64,000 nt of DNA, taken from NCBI GenBank assembly GCA_963822945.1, contig CAWGJO010000036.1:1-64000 (forward strand), given 5' to 3'. Positions 38,281 through 48,130 of the stretch are shown in pieces. Made by a program: the position numbers and the translations under genes. The stretch is from an uncultured Gemmatimonadaceae bacterium. GTDB taxonomy: Bacteria > Gemmatimonadota > Gemmatimonadetes > Gemmatimonadales > Gemmatimonadaceae. Positions within the stretch are counted from its first letter, which is position 1; each line of letters opens with the position of its first letter. The notes under the pieces were generated by a model. It did not search any database. It was not told where the DNA came from and saw only the letters and a program-made list of their open reading frames with translations.

Positions 38281-38428
38281 CTCGCGCATCCCGTTCCCGA
38301 TCTGTCCCGGCACCGTTGCCGTCAGCGGACGGCTGGCAGCTCAGAGCCTTCCGGTGCTGCTCTTCGCTGTGTCCGGTTCTAAACATCCCTCTCCGCGCAA
38401 AGATTTTGAAGGGCAACTGCATCTCCCA

Positions 38429-40942
38429 GTGAACCCCCTCCCCATCGACGAGGCCCTCCCGGCCCTCCGGACTGCCCTGCGGACGCACGCGGCGGCGGTC
38501 CTCCAGGCGCCTCCGGGCGCCGGCAAGACCACGCGCATCCCCCTCGCCCTGCTCGATGAGCCGTGGCTCGCCGGCCGGGGGATCGTGATGCTGGAGCCGC
38601 GCCGGCTTGCCACTCGAGCCGCCGCCCGATTCATGGCGCGGTCGCTGGGTGAATCACCCGGCGGCACGGTGGGCTTTCGCGTGCGCGGCGAGGCGCGCGT
38701 CGGCCGGACCACGCGCGTCGAGGTGGTGACCGAGGGAATCCTCACCCGCCGGATCCGCCACGACCCGGGGCTCGACGGCGTCGGTCTCCTGATCTTCGAC
38801 GAGTTTCACGAGCGCAGCGTCCACGCCGACCTCGGCCTGGCGCTCGCCCTGCAATCGCAGGAGCTGTTGCGCGAGGATCTCCGCATCCTGGTCATGTCGG
38901 CCACGCTCGACGGCGACGCGATCTCGACCTTGCTCGGCGGCGCCCCCATCGTGAGCAGCGAGGGGCGGGCGTTCCCGGTCGACACCCGGTACCTGCCGCC
39001 GCGCCCGGAAGGCCGGCTCGAGCGCGACGTCACCGCCGCCGTGGCCCGCGCTGTTTCGGAGGAGGAAGGTGACATCCTCGTCTTCCTTCCCGGTGCCGCC
39101 GAGATCCGCCGGGTGGCCGAGGTGCTGGCGGCTCGGCTGGCCGACTCCCCGGCCGATGTGCTCCCACTGTTCGGAGACCTGCCGTCCGCCGATCAGGACC
39201 GCGCGATCGCGCCCAGTCCCCCCGGCCAGCGCAAGATCGTGCTCGCCACAAACATCGCGCAGACCAGCCTCACCATCGAGGGCGTCCGCGTGGTGATCGA
39301 CGCCGGCCTGTCACGCGTGCCCCGCTTCTCGCCGCGCACCGGGATGACCCGTCTGGAGACGGTGCGCGTGTCGCGGGCCTCGGCGGATCAGCGCCGCGGG
39401 CGGGCCGGACGGCTGGCCCCCGGGGTGTGCTACCGGCTGTGGGACGAACACGAAGACCACCACCTGGTGCCTCACGACCAGCCGGAGATCCTCACCGCCG
39501 ATCCGGCGCCGGTGGCACTCGAATTGGCCGCGGCCGGGGTGGCCGATCCCGCGGAGTTGAAGTGGCTGGATCCGCCGCCTGCGGCCGCGTTTCGCCAGGC
39601 GTGCGAACTTTTGCGCGAGCTCGGCGCTCTTGGCGACGACCTCAGGCTGACCGAGCACGGCGGCCAGTTGAGCGAGCTCGGCACCCACCCGCGCCTGGCG
39701 CACCTGGTGATCCGCGGGAGCGAACTCGGTGCGGCCGAACTCGCCCCGCTCGTCGCGGCGCTGCTGGAGGAGCGGGACATCCTGCGCGGCGAAGGCGGAC
39801 CGCCGCCCGCCGATTTTGCACTGCGCGTGGACGCGATGCGCGGGCGAAGCGGCATGGCCAATGTCACGGGCGCACGCGTGGACGGCGGGGGCGCGCGCAG
39901 AGTGCGGGAGTTGGCCGCCCGGTGGCGGGCGGCGCTCCCGGGATCGGTTGCTTCCGGCACGGGAGCCGAGCCGCCGAGCGTCGGTTTGCTGCTCGCCCTG
40001 GCCTACCCCGACCGCATCGCGCAACGCCGCCCGGGCCAGCGCACGCGCTACCTGATGCGCAACGGGCAGGGCGTCGTGCTGGGCGACGCCGGGGCGTTCG
40101 GCGACGCCGAGTACCTGGTGATTCCCGAGACCGACGGACGACAGCCGGAAAGCCGCATCTATCTGGCGGCGCCGGTGGAGCTGTCGGACATCGAAGCGCA
40201 GTTCGGCGATCAGATCATCACCGACGACGAGTACGTCTGGGAGGACCAGCGTTCGGCGGTGACGGCGCGGCGCGTGACGCGGCTGGGCGCGATCACGCTC
40301 GGTGAGCGGCGGATTGCCGAGCCCGACGCGGCGCGCGTGGCGGAGGTTCTGGCCGGGCAACTGCTCCGTCGGGGCATGGCGGACCTTCCGTGGAGCGACG
40401 ACGCGCGATTGCTGCGGCAGCGCGTGGCCTTCCTGCGCACGCTCGACGGCGCGTGGCCGGATCTCTCGGATCAGGCGTTGACTGCGGCGGCGGACGGCTG
40501 GCTGGCGCCGCTGCTCGTGGGCGTGCGGAAGCTGGATGACGTGCGCCGGCTCGACCTGGCCGGTGCCCTGCGGGGAATGCTCACGTGGGAGCAGCGTGCC
40601 TCGCTCGACGCACTGGCGCCCACGCACGTGGTGGTGCCGACGGGCTCGCGCATCGCGGTCGACTACTCGGCGCCTGAGGCGCCGGTGCTCGCGGTGCGAT
40701 TGCAGGAGATGTTCGGCCTGGCCGAGACACCGCGGATCGGCGGGGGCCGGGTACCGCTCACGCTGCATCTGCTATCGCCGGCTCGGCGCCCCGTGCAGGT
40801 GACGCGCGATCTGGCCGGGTTCTGGCGCGACAGTTATTTCGACGTACGGAAGGACCTGCGCGGGCGGTATCCGAAGCACTACTGGCCGGACAATCCGCTG
40901 GAGGCGGAGCCGACGCGGCGGACGAAGCGGCGCGGGGATTGA
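38429..40942 (+). CDS. hrpB: ATP-dependent helicase HrpB
   Basis: APPGAGKTT, DEFHERS, MSAT, QRRGRAGR and the HrpB C-terminal LRGRYPKHYWP. Confidence 0.96.
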   Translation: MNPLPIDEALPALRTALRTHAAAVLQAPPGAGKTTRIPLALLDEPWLAGRGIVMLEPRRLATRAAARFMARSLGESPGGTVGFRVRGEARVGRTTRVEVVTEGILTRRIRHDPGLDGVGLLIFDEFHERSVHADLGLALALQSQELLREDLRILVMSATLDGDAISTLLGGAPIVSSEGRAFPVDTRYLPPRPEGRLERDVTAAVARAVSEEEGDILVFLPGAAEIRRVAEVLAARLADSPADVLPLFGDLPSADQDRAIAPSPPGQRKIVLATNIAQTSLTIEGVRVVIDAGLSRVPRFSPRTGMTRLETVRVSRASADQRRGRAGRLAPGVCYRLWDEHEDHHLVPHDQPEILTADPAPVALELAAAGVADPAELKWLDPPPAAAFRQACELLRELGALGDDLRLTEHGGQLSELGTHPRLAHLVIRGSELGAAELAPLVAALLEERDILRGEGGPPPADFALRVDAMRGRSGMANVTGARVDGGGARRVRELAARWRAALPGSVASGTGAEPPSVGLLLALAYPDRIAQRRPGQRTRYLMRNGQGVVLGDAGAFGDAEYLVIPETDGRQPESRIYLAAPVELSDIEAQFGDQIITDDEYVWEDQRSAVTARRVTRLGAITLGERRIAEPDAARVAEVLAGQLLRRGMADLPWSDDARLLRQRVAFLRTLDGAWPDLSDQALTAAADGWLAPLLVGVRKLDDVRRLDLAGALRGMLTWEQRASLDALAPTHVVVPTGSRIAVDYSAPEAPVLAVRLQEMFGLAETPRIGGGRVPLTLHLLSPARRPVQVTRDLAGFWRDSYFDVRKDLRGRYPKHYWPDNPLEAEPTRRTKRRGD

Positions 40943-40955
40943 GGCCCGGAACCAC

Positions 40956-41017
40956 CTACTAAGCTCATAGTTGACAAATTGACCCCGCCCCCTACATTCC
41001 TACTACCCTGAGAGTAG
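40956..41017 (+). promoter_or_regulatory. Sigma-70 promoter flanked by two BlaI-type operators
   Basis: TTGACA (40971) and TACATT (40993). Palindromes CTACT-N8-AGTTG (40956-40973) and CTACT-N8-AGTAG (41000-41017). Confidence 0.65.
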
Positions 41018-41020
41018 AGG

Positions 41021-41407
41021 ATGGACATGGGCGACTTCGTACTGGGCGATCGCGAACTGGACGTGATGAGCGTGCTGTGGGATCTCGGCTCCGGCACCGT
41101 GGCCGAGGTGCGCAAGCAACTGCCCGCGGATCTGGCTTATACCACGGTGCTCACCATTCTGCGCAACCTCGAAGCCAAGGGGCTGGTGTCGCACGCCGCC
41201 GAAGGAAAGGCGCACCGCTACAGTCCGCGGGTGGCGCGCCGGGCGGCGCGGCGCAACGCGCTGTCGCAGGTAATCGACAAACTCTTCCATGGATCACCGG
41301 AGCAGTTGTTGGCGCATCTGGTGGAAGAGCGTGCGCTCACCGCAAGCGACCTGAAGCGGCTGAACGCGCAGCTCAAGGCGCGTGAGAAGAAGGAAGGAAA
41401 GCCGTGA
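41021..41407 (+). CDS. BlaI/MecI/CopY-family repressor
   Basis: RELDVMSVLW, LAYTTVLTILRNLEAKG and LFHGS motifs. Confidence 0.93.
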   Translation: MDMGDFVLGDRELDVMSVLWDLGSGTVAEVRKQLPADLAYTTVLTILRNLEAKGLVSHAAEGKAHRYSPRVARRAARRNALSQVIDKLFHGSPEQLLAHLVEERALTASDLKRLNAQLKAREKKEGKP

Positions 41408-42714
41408 CCGCCGAGTGGATGGTGTTCGCGCTCGCCGTCGGGTTGGCGCTCACGCTGGCCGCGCTGGCCGTGGAGCGCGCCGGACGCACCCTGCGACTGC
41501 CCGGACGGATGGTCTGGTTCGCGACGATCGCTGCGACGACGATCTGGCCGCTGGTGGCGTTCGTCTGGGTGCGGCGCTTGGCGGCGAACGGAGTTGGTCC
41601 GGCGGCGTTGGCGCTCCCCTTCTCCATCGATGTGGCGCGCATGGTTCCGGCGCCGTCAGTGTCGGCGGCGGCGTTCACGCCGCTTCGCGCACTGAACGTG
41701 GCACTCCTCTCCATCTGGGCAATCTGGTCAGGCGTTCTTCTCGTACGCATGGCACTCGCCGTGGCCGGTGTCGCCCGCCGCCGATCGAGCTGGCCGCGCG
41801 AGACGCTGGATGGCGAGCGCATTCGAGTCTCGCCCGACCTGGGGCCGGCAGTGGTGGGTGTGCTCCAACCCGAAATCGTGCTTCCCGAGTGGACGCTCTC
41901 GCTCGACGCCCCGTTCCGGACGCTCATGCTCCGGCACGAGGTTGAACATCGCGATGCCGGCGATCCGCGGCTGCTGTTCGCGGCGGCCGCCTGTCTGGTG
42001 CTCGCCCCGTGGAATCTGACGCTCTGGTATCAGGCGCGGCGGTTGCGGCTGGCCGTGGAAATGGATTGCGATGACCGGGTGCTGGCGCGGCACGCAGAGC
42101 ACGACCGGTACGGACGATTGCTGATCACTATTGCGCAGCGGCAGAGCAATCTACCGCCAGCGCTGGCGCCGACTCTCTCCGAGCCGGTGACGCATCTCGA
42201 ACGGAGGATCCGAGCCATGATGAGCATGCCGAGGCCATTCGCGCACCTGCGCGCCGCGAGTCTTGCACTGGTGGGCGCGGCAGCCGTGGCCGCCGCCTGC
42301 GCGGTGCATACCCCCGATCAGGTGTCTGGTCCCGCGCAATCGCCCGCCGACAGAGCGGCGATGGCGGCCGACCCGAACCACGTGTTCTACTCGTACCAGG
42401 TCGACAAGCAGGTGGCGCTCTTGCCAAGCGATGCGGGCCCGCAATACCCCGTGCTGCTACGTCAGGCGAAGGTAGAGGGCGACGTGGTCGCATCGTTCGT
42501 CGTCGACCCGGACGGCCGCGCGGATACGGCGACATTCACGGTCATCAAGTCCACGCATGCACTGTTCACGCAAGCCGTGAGGCAGGCGCTGCCCCACTGG
42601 AGATTCGTTCCCGCCGAAATTCAGGGACACCCAGTGAAGCAGCTCGTGCAGCAGCCGTTCGTGTTCCGGCTGAAGGACGGGCCGGCCGATACGAGCCGGA
42701 CGGGAAGGCTGTAG
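41404..42714 (+). CDS. M56 (BlaR1-like) metallopeptidase fused to TonB C-terminal domain
   Basis: TM segments, HEVEH, EMDCDDRVL and LERRI. TonB-C: YP..VEGDVVASFVVDPDG..WRFVPA. Confidence 0.9.
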   Translation: MTAEWMVFALAVGLALTLAALAVERAGRTLRLPGRMVWFATIAATTIWPLVAFVWVRRLAANGVGPAALALPFSIDVARMVPAPSVSAAAFTPLRALNVALLSIWAIWSGVLLVRMALAVAGVARRRSSWPRETLDGERIRVSPDLGPAVVGVLQPEIVLPEWTLSLDAPFRTLMLRHEVEHRDAGDPRLLFAAAACLVLAPWNLTLWYQARRLRLAVEMDCDDRVLARHAEHDRYGRLLITIAQRQSNLPPALAPTLSEPVTHLERRIRAMMSMPRPFAHLRAASLALVGAAAVAAACAVHTPDQVSGPAQSPADRAAMAADPNHVFYSYQVDKQVALLPSDAGPQYPVLLRQAKVEGDVVASFVVDPDGRADTATFTVIKSTHALFTQAVRQALPHWRFVPAEIQGHPVKQLVQQPFVFRLKDGPADTSRTGRL

Positions 42715-42729
42715 CCCGCCGGCGTAGGA

Positions 42730-43746
42730 CTACACCGGGTCGGAGGTATCTGCCAGCCCATCCGCGATGGCCCCGGCATCGCGCATCGCGGCATCCAGCG
42801 CCCGCTTGGGCCACGCTTTCCGATAGGCCGTGAACGCCCTGTTCGCGTCGCGATGCGCGCGGCGCGCGACTTCCAGCAACCCGGCCCGCTGTCCGCGACG
42901 CGAGCCACCGCGTGCCGCAACGGACGTCACGAGATCCGGCTCCACCGCCGCCATCGCGCGGCGCCGCGCATTGGTGCTCGCGATCTCCTCGACTTCGTGC
43001 AGGATGCGCTCGGCGAGCAGTTGCGCGTCGTGGAACTCGCCAAGGCGATCCTGCAACTCCGTGAGCCGCGCGATCAGGTCGGCCGCCCGCGCATCGGCAT
43101 CGAGCGGTTCGAGCAGGTAGCGCAGCCGCTTGGCGGCAATGCGCGCGCGATGCGCCGCGCCGACGTCGTGCACCGCGCGGGCGCGCTTCACCGCGCGCGC
43201 GAAGCGCTTGGTGTGCGAGCGGAGCAGCCTGGCGGTGAGTTCATGCATGGGCGGCTCGGAAGGCGCACCATCCACGGGCACACGCAGCCAGTAGCTGCCC
43301 AACTGGCGTTCCAGCCGGCGCATGGCCCGCGGCAGCCGGGCGGCCAGGAACTCGTCGACGGCGTGCGCGCTCTGCATGCGCTCGTCCGTCATCCGGTCGA
43401 CCAGTTCGCGATGCCCACGCGCCGCGGCGAGGGGCACCTCCCGCTGCGCCTCGAGCCAGGCCAGCGACACCTCGGCGTCGCGCGCCGCGTTGGTGGCGTG
43501 TGCCAGCTTGGCGAATGCCCGGCGCGACTTGCGGGTGACGGTGTCGTCGAGCGCCGGCCGGTACGCCTTGAGCCAACTTCGCAGACGGCGCAGGGCGACC
43601 CGCACGTCGTGCAGTGCCTGCGGGTCGTCGCTGCCCAGCCGAAGCTGCGCGGCCCTCACGGCCTCGAGCCGCATCCGTGCGATCTCCCGCGCGGCGCGCT
43701 GGGCCGGCTCGGTGAGCAGATCGGGGGTCAGTTGCGGCGTCGACAT
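42730..43746 (-). CDS. CHAD-domain protein
   Basis: LHDVRVALRRLRS, HRARIAAKRLRYLLE and LQDRLGEFHD motifs. Confidence 0.9.
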   Translation of the reverse strand: MSTPQLTPDLLTEPAQRAAREIARMRLEAVRAAQLRLGSDDPQALHDVRVALRRLRSWLKAYRPALDDTVTRKSRRAFAKLAHATNAARDAEVSLAWLEAQREVPLAAARGHRELVDRMTDERMQSAHAVDEFLAARLPRAMRRLERQLGSYWLRVPVDGAPSEPPMHELTARLLRSHTKRFARAVKRARAVHDVGAAHRARIAAKRLRYLLEPLDADARAADLIARLTELQDRLGEFHDAQLLAERILHEVEEIASTNARRRAMAAVEPDLVTSVAARGGSRRGQRAGLLEVARRAHRDANRAFTAYRKAWPKRALDAAMRDAGAIADGLADTSDPV

Positions 43747-43750
43747 CGCG

Positions 43751-44551
43751 TCACCGGATCTTCAGCCGGAGAATGGACGGGTCGCCCTTGGGATAGCGGA
43801 GGTTGAGCCCGTCGAGCGCCTCGAGAATCACCTCCGCCACGAGCCAGTTGCGGACCTTCTTGTCGTCGGCCGGCACGAAGTACCAGGGTGCCCGCTTGGT
43901 GCTGCACTTGCGCAGGGCATCGCGATACGCGGACGTGAACGCCCCCCAACGCCGGCGATCTTCCAGATCGCCCACGTTGAACTTCCAGTTCTTGGTGGGA
44001 TCGGTGAGCCGGTCGGTGAGCCGGCGCCGTTGCTCGGCCCGCGAGACGTGGAGGAAGAACTTGAGGATCACCACTCCATTCTCGGTGAGCATCCGCTCGA
44101 AGTCGTTGATCTGCCGGTAACGATCGTGCCACACCTTGCGCGGGACGAGTCCGCGCACGCGTTCCACGAGCACGTCCTCGTAGTGCGACCGGTTGAAGAT
44201 CCCGATCATGCCCCGCGCCGGCACCCGCTCGTGCACGCGCCAGAGGTAGTCGTGTCGCAGCTCGAGATGGGTGGGCTCCTTGAAGCTGGTGACCTCGCAG
44301 CCCTGCGGATTGACGGCCCCGAACACGTGGCGGATGGTACCGTCCTTGCCGGCGGCGTCGCGCCCCTGGAGCACGATGAGCAGCGCGTGCCGGGCGTCGG
44401 CATAGAATACCCGCTGCAGCCGCGCGATGCGCTCCGTCTGCTTGTGGATCTCGCGGTCGAGGGCGTCGTTGGAAGGCGCGTCGCGCGGCGGGCGCGCGTC
44501 GGCGGCGCCGAGGCGGAGCTTGGTGTGTGGAGTGATCGGGCGGAGGGGCAT
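43751..44551 (-). CDS. ppk2: Polyphosphate kinase 2 family protein
   Basis: LQGRDAAGKDGTI, FNRSHYEDVL, KNWKF and APWYFVPADDK motifs. Start is 44551 (TATGCT 7 nt upstream) or 44563. Confidence 0.93.
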   Translation of the reverse strand: MPLRPITPHTKLRLGAADARPPRDAPSNDALDREIHKQTERIARLQRVFYADARHALLIVLQGRDAAGKDGTIRHVFGAVNPQGCEVTSFKEPTHLELRHDYLWRVHERVPARGMIGIFNRSHYEDVLVERVRGLVPRKVWHDRYRQINDFERMLTENGVVILKFFLHVSRAEQRRRLTDRLTDPTKNWKFNVGDLEDRRRWGAFTSAYRDALRKCSTKRAPWYFVPADDKKVRNWLVAEVILEALDGLNLRYPKGDPSILRLKIR

Positions 44552-44655
44552 GCGGGGGAGCATACCCGGAATTTCCACCGATGTCACGGGACGACAGCCC
44601 GCCGTATCCAGCCGGCTGCCGACCGCGAACCGCTAGCCGGTCACGGCCGGCCGGT

Positions 44656-44829
44656 TCAGAATTCCCGGCGCTTCATCTCTTTGAAGAAGCGCGTCCGCTC
44701 TTCGCTGTCGTCCTCGTCGGGACTGCGCGTAGCGTCGAGGGTCGGATCGTACGTCCGCCGCTTGCCCTTGGGCGCCGCCACCCGTGCGGCGTTCTTACGG
44801 GCCAGCGCCTCCAACTGCTTGTCGTCCAT
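44656..44829 (-). CDS. Small charged hypothetical protein (57 aa)
   Basis: GAGGA RBS, genome-like codon usage, sequence MDDKQLEALARKNAAR...FFKEMKRREF. Confidence 0.6.
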   Translation of the reverse strand: MDDKQLEALARKNAARVAAPKGKRRTYDPTLDATRSPDEDDSEERTRFFKEMKRREF

Positions 44830-44973
44830 GGTGTCCTCTGCGCCCACCGGCCGGGCGCGTACGGGTTTCTCCAATCCGGGGACCGGGCTTCCCGCCGGTC
44901 CCCCGAAATCTAGCGCGACCGGCGCGCGAGGGCGAAAGGACCGGGGCCAGGCGCGCGCCGTCCCCGGATCCCC

Positions 44974-45510
44974 CTACGCCGACTCCGCCAAAAGGAGTTC
45001 GACGCAGACAGGACATGCCCCATGGGTGATCCGCGGCACCGAGCCGCCGGCGAACAGACCGAGCCGCCGGACGGCGTCCTCCGGCTCCACCCACTCGTCC
45101 AGATGCACGCGCTTGCACCAGCTGCACATGGCGAGCAACTCGTTCCCGCGCGGCGCGTGCGCGTCGATGAGCCACATGGGCGTCCGGTCACGCTCGGCGA
45201 TCACCCGCGTGGTACAGGCAATTCCCGCCGCGCCTCGCGGCGCCAACTCCAACTCGAACTCGCGGATCCGCCGGGGCGCGTCGCACCGATACGGTACATG
45301 CAGCGTGCGGCCCTCCCGCACCCGGGCGAAGAGCGCCCGGTAGATCTGCGCGATCTCGTTGCCCGCGATATAGGGCCAGAGCGACGTCCCGACGACGCGG
45401 CCGGGAAGATTCGGCGCGTCGTTCTCGTTCGCGAAGGCGCGCCACCGGTCGTCGACCCACTCCACACGATCGTCGGCATCGAGCCAGTACACGGAGTGGA
45501 TATCGGCCAT
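44974..45510 (-). CDS. PAS-like domain protein with Cys/His C-terminal motif
   Basis: YWLDADDRVEWVDDRWRAFA..EN and YRCDAP, with tail CSWCKR...THGACPVC. Confidence 0.7.
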   Translation of the reverse strand: MADIHSVYWLDADDRVEWVDDRWRAFANENDAPNLPGRVVGTSLWPYIAGNEIAQIYRALFARVREGRTLHVPYRCDAPRRIREFELELAPRGAAGIACTTRVIAERDRTPMWLIDAHAPRGNELLAMCSWCKRVHLDEWVEPEDAVRRLGLFAGGSVPRITHGACPVCVELLLAESA

Positions 45511-45514
45511 CTGC

Positions 45515-46753
45515 TCAGGCGGCGCTCGCCGGCGCTACGGCTTCGCGCTCCGGGCGCGTGGTACGCCAGGCCACGCCGATCCCCACGACCAGGAATGCCG
45601 CGGCCAGCAGGAAGGGGGCCCCGGGCAGATGCCACGCGCGCTCGGGCCCGATGAATTGCGCGAAGGTGAAGGCGAACAACGCCGGTCCCACCATGCCGGT
45701 GATGCCGGTAATGCTGCTGTTCGCCCCCTGGAGCTGGCCCTGCTCCGACGCGCTCACGCGGCGCGTCATCAACCCCTGCACCGACGGTCCGTAGAAACCC
45801 ATGGTGGCCGAGACGGCGATGCCGACCCAGAACACCCATGGCGTGCTCGCCACCCCGAAGAGCACCAAGCCCACGGTGCCGCCGATGAGTCCGAGCAGCA
45901 GCGAGCGGCGATGGCCCAACCGTGCGACGACGGGGCGCACCAGGCCGCCCTGCACGATGGCGGTGGCGAGCCCGACGCCGGCCAGCGTGAGGCCGATGGT
46001 CCGCTCGCCCCATCCGTAGCGGTACCCCACGTACAGCACGTACACGCTGGGCAGCACCTGGTGCGCCATGTAGTACATGAAGTTCACGGTGGCCAGGCCG
46101 AGCAGCTCGCGGTGCGACCGGAGCAGCTTGAGCGACCCCACCGGGCTCGCGCGACGGAAGTCGAGCGGACGCCGGTTCTCGGGGGCCAGCGATTCCGGGA
46201 GCACGAAGATTCCGTACATGGCGTTCAGCAGGGTGAGCGCCGCCGCCACATAGAAGGGCAGACGCAGATTGACCGATCCGAGCACGCCCCCCATGGCCGG
46301 ACCGAGCACGAATCCCAATCCCCAGGCCGCTCCGATGATGCCGAATCCGTGCGCGCGCTTCTCGGCCGGCAGCACGTCGGCGATGTACGCGCCGGCCGGC
46401 GTGAAGCTCGCCCCGGCGATCCCGGAAACGATTCTCCCCAGGAACAGCCAGGCCAGCGTCGGCGACACCGCCATCAGCAGGTAGTCGAAGCCGAGCGCGA
46501 AGTTGGAGATGAGGATCACGGGGCGGCGGCCGTAGCGGTCGGACAGGACGCCCATCACGGGCGAGAACACGAACTGCATGGCCGCCCACACGGTGCCGAA
46601 CACGCCGAAGATCTCGGCGGCGTTGGCAGTGTTGCCCCCCATGAACTGCTTGATGAGCTCGGGGAGCACGGGCAACATCACGCCCAACGCCAGCACGTCG
46701 AGCACAACCGTGATGAAGATGAAGGTGATGGCGGGTCGGCGGTCTCTAGTCAC
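45515..46753 (-). CDS. TetA-like (DHA1) MFS transporter
   Basis: Motif A GVLSDRYGRRPV, motif C GFVLGPAMGG, and QGQLQG. Confidence 0.92.
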   Translation of the reverse strand: MTRDRRPAITFIFITVVLDVLALGVMLPVLPELIKQFMGGNTANAAEIFGVFGTVWAAMQFVFSPVMGVLSDRYGRRPVILISNFALGFDYLLMAVSPTLAWLFLGRIVSGIAGASFTPAGAYIADVLPAEKRAHGFGIIGAAWGLGFVLGPAMGGVLGSVNLRLPFYVAAALTLLNAMYGIFVLPESLAPENRRPLDFRRASPVGSLKLLRSHRELLGLATVNFMYYMAHQVLPSVYVLYVGYRYGWGERTIGLTLAGVGLATAIVQGGLVRPVVARLGHRRSLLLGLIGGTVGLVLFGVASTPWVFWVGIAVSATMGFYGPSVQGLMTRRVSASEQGQLQGANSSITGITGMVGPALFAFTFAQFIGPERAWHLPGAPFLLAAAFLVVGIGVAWRTTRPEREAVAPASAA

Positions 46754-46898
46754 GTGGATTGGCGGGCTGAAGGCGTCCTCAAGATAGCATTCGTCCCCGG
46801 CCGGCGGAGCCAAGATCGCATTCGGTAGCGCGGCCCGCCGGAGGCGCGGTATCTTCCTCGTCCTTCGCCACCCCGCGCCACCGGCCCGTCGAGCGACC

Positions 46899-48065
46899 AT
46901 GACTTTTCACGACATTCCTGTCCTGCCTGGCGGCTTCCGCTGCGCCAGCCGCAACATCGGGCTCAAGCCCAAGGCGAAGGATCTCGCGCTCTTCGTGAGC
47001 GACACCGACGCCGCGGCGGCGGCCATGTTCACGCGCAACCAATTCCCCGGCGCGCCCGTGGTCCTCGGCCGCGCCACCATCAGGGGCGGCCTGCTTCGCG
47101 CCATCGTGGTCAACAGCAAGGTGAGCAACGTGGCCACGGGCGCCGCGGGCGTGGAGAACGCGCGCCGCATGGCCGCGGCGGCGGCCGCCGAAGTGGGGAC
47201 CGACGCCGGGCGCGTGCTCGTGAGTTCCACCGGCGTGATCGGGGTGCCGCTGCCCATCGAGAAGATCGAGCGGGGGCTGCGCGGCATGGCGGCCGAGTTG
47301 CAGCAAGATCCGATCGTCGGGGTCCACGGCATGATGACCACCGACACGCACCCCAAAGCGCTCTCGCTGTCCGTGGGGGATGCGACCATCACCTGGGTGG
47401 CCAAGGGCTCGGGGATGATCGAACCCAACATGGCGACGATGCTGGTCTACATCTTCACCGACGCCACGTTCGATGCGCCGACGCTGGACCGCATGCTGCG
47501 GCGCGCGGTGCATGTGTCGTTCAATATGCTGAGCGTGGACAGCGACACGAGCACGTCGGACACGTGCGCCCTGCTGGCCAACGGGATCGCCGGCGCGGTG
47601 GCGGAATCCGACTTTCAGGAGGCGCTCACCGCCGGCTGCATCCGCATGGCCGAGACACTGGCCCGCGACGGCGAGGGTGCCAAGCACCTGGTACGCGTCA
47701 TCGTGCGAGGCGCGGCGAGCGAGCGGGATGCCCGCACCGTGGCCAAGTCGCTGGTCAATTCGCCGCTGGTGAAGACGATGGTCGCCGGCGCCGATCCGAA
47801 CGTCGGGCGGCTGCTGATGGCCGTGGGCAAGTGCTTCGACTGCACCATCCGCCCGGAAGCCACGGATGTGGCGATCAACGACCACGCCGTGGTGCGCGCC
47901 GGCACGCGCGCGGACTTCGACGAAGCGAAGCTCCGCGCGACCTTGAAGGAGGAGGTGGTGAACCTCGAGGTGTCGCTGGGCGTGGGCGACGCGAGTGCCA
48001 CGGCGTTCGGCTGCGATCTGACGCAGGGGTATATCGACGAGAACGCGGCGTATTACTCCAGTTAG
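46899..48065 (+). CDS. argJ: Ornithine acetyltransferase ArgJ
   Basis: SSTGVIG, MTTDT, KGSGMIEPNMATML (autocleavage Thr), VDSDTSTSD, ARDGEGA and GCDLT motifs. Confidence 0.96.
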   Translation: MTFHDIPVLPGGFRCASRNIGLKPKAKDLALFVSDTDAAAAAMFTRNQFPGAPVVLGRATIRGGLLRAIVVNSKVSNVATGAAGVENARRMAAAAAAEVGTDAGRVLVSSTGVIGVPLPIEKIERGLRGMAAELQQDPIVGVHGMMTTDTHPKALSLSVGDATITWVAKGSGMIEPNMATMLVYIFTDATFDAPTLDRMLRRAVHVSFNMLSVDSDTSTSDTCALLANGIAGAVAESDFQEALTAGCIRMAETLARDGEGAKHLVRVIVRGAASERDARTVAKSLVNSPLVKTMVAGADPNVGRLLMAVGKCFDCTIRPEATDVAINDHAVVRAGTRADFDEAKLRATLKEEVVNLEVSLGVGDASATAFGCDLTQGYIDENAAYYSS

Positions 48066-48087
48066 ACAGTCGGACAGTCGGACAGTC
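48059..48087. repeat. Left arm of a 29-bp inverted repeat built from 8-mers
   Basis: CAGTTAGACAGTCGGACAGTCGGACAGTC is the exact reverse complement of 48639-48667. Confidence 0.9.
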
Positions 48088-48130
48088 AAGAAGCGACCCC
48101 TACCCCTCCCCGGTTCCCGCGCGGCGTTGC

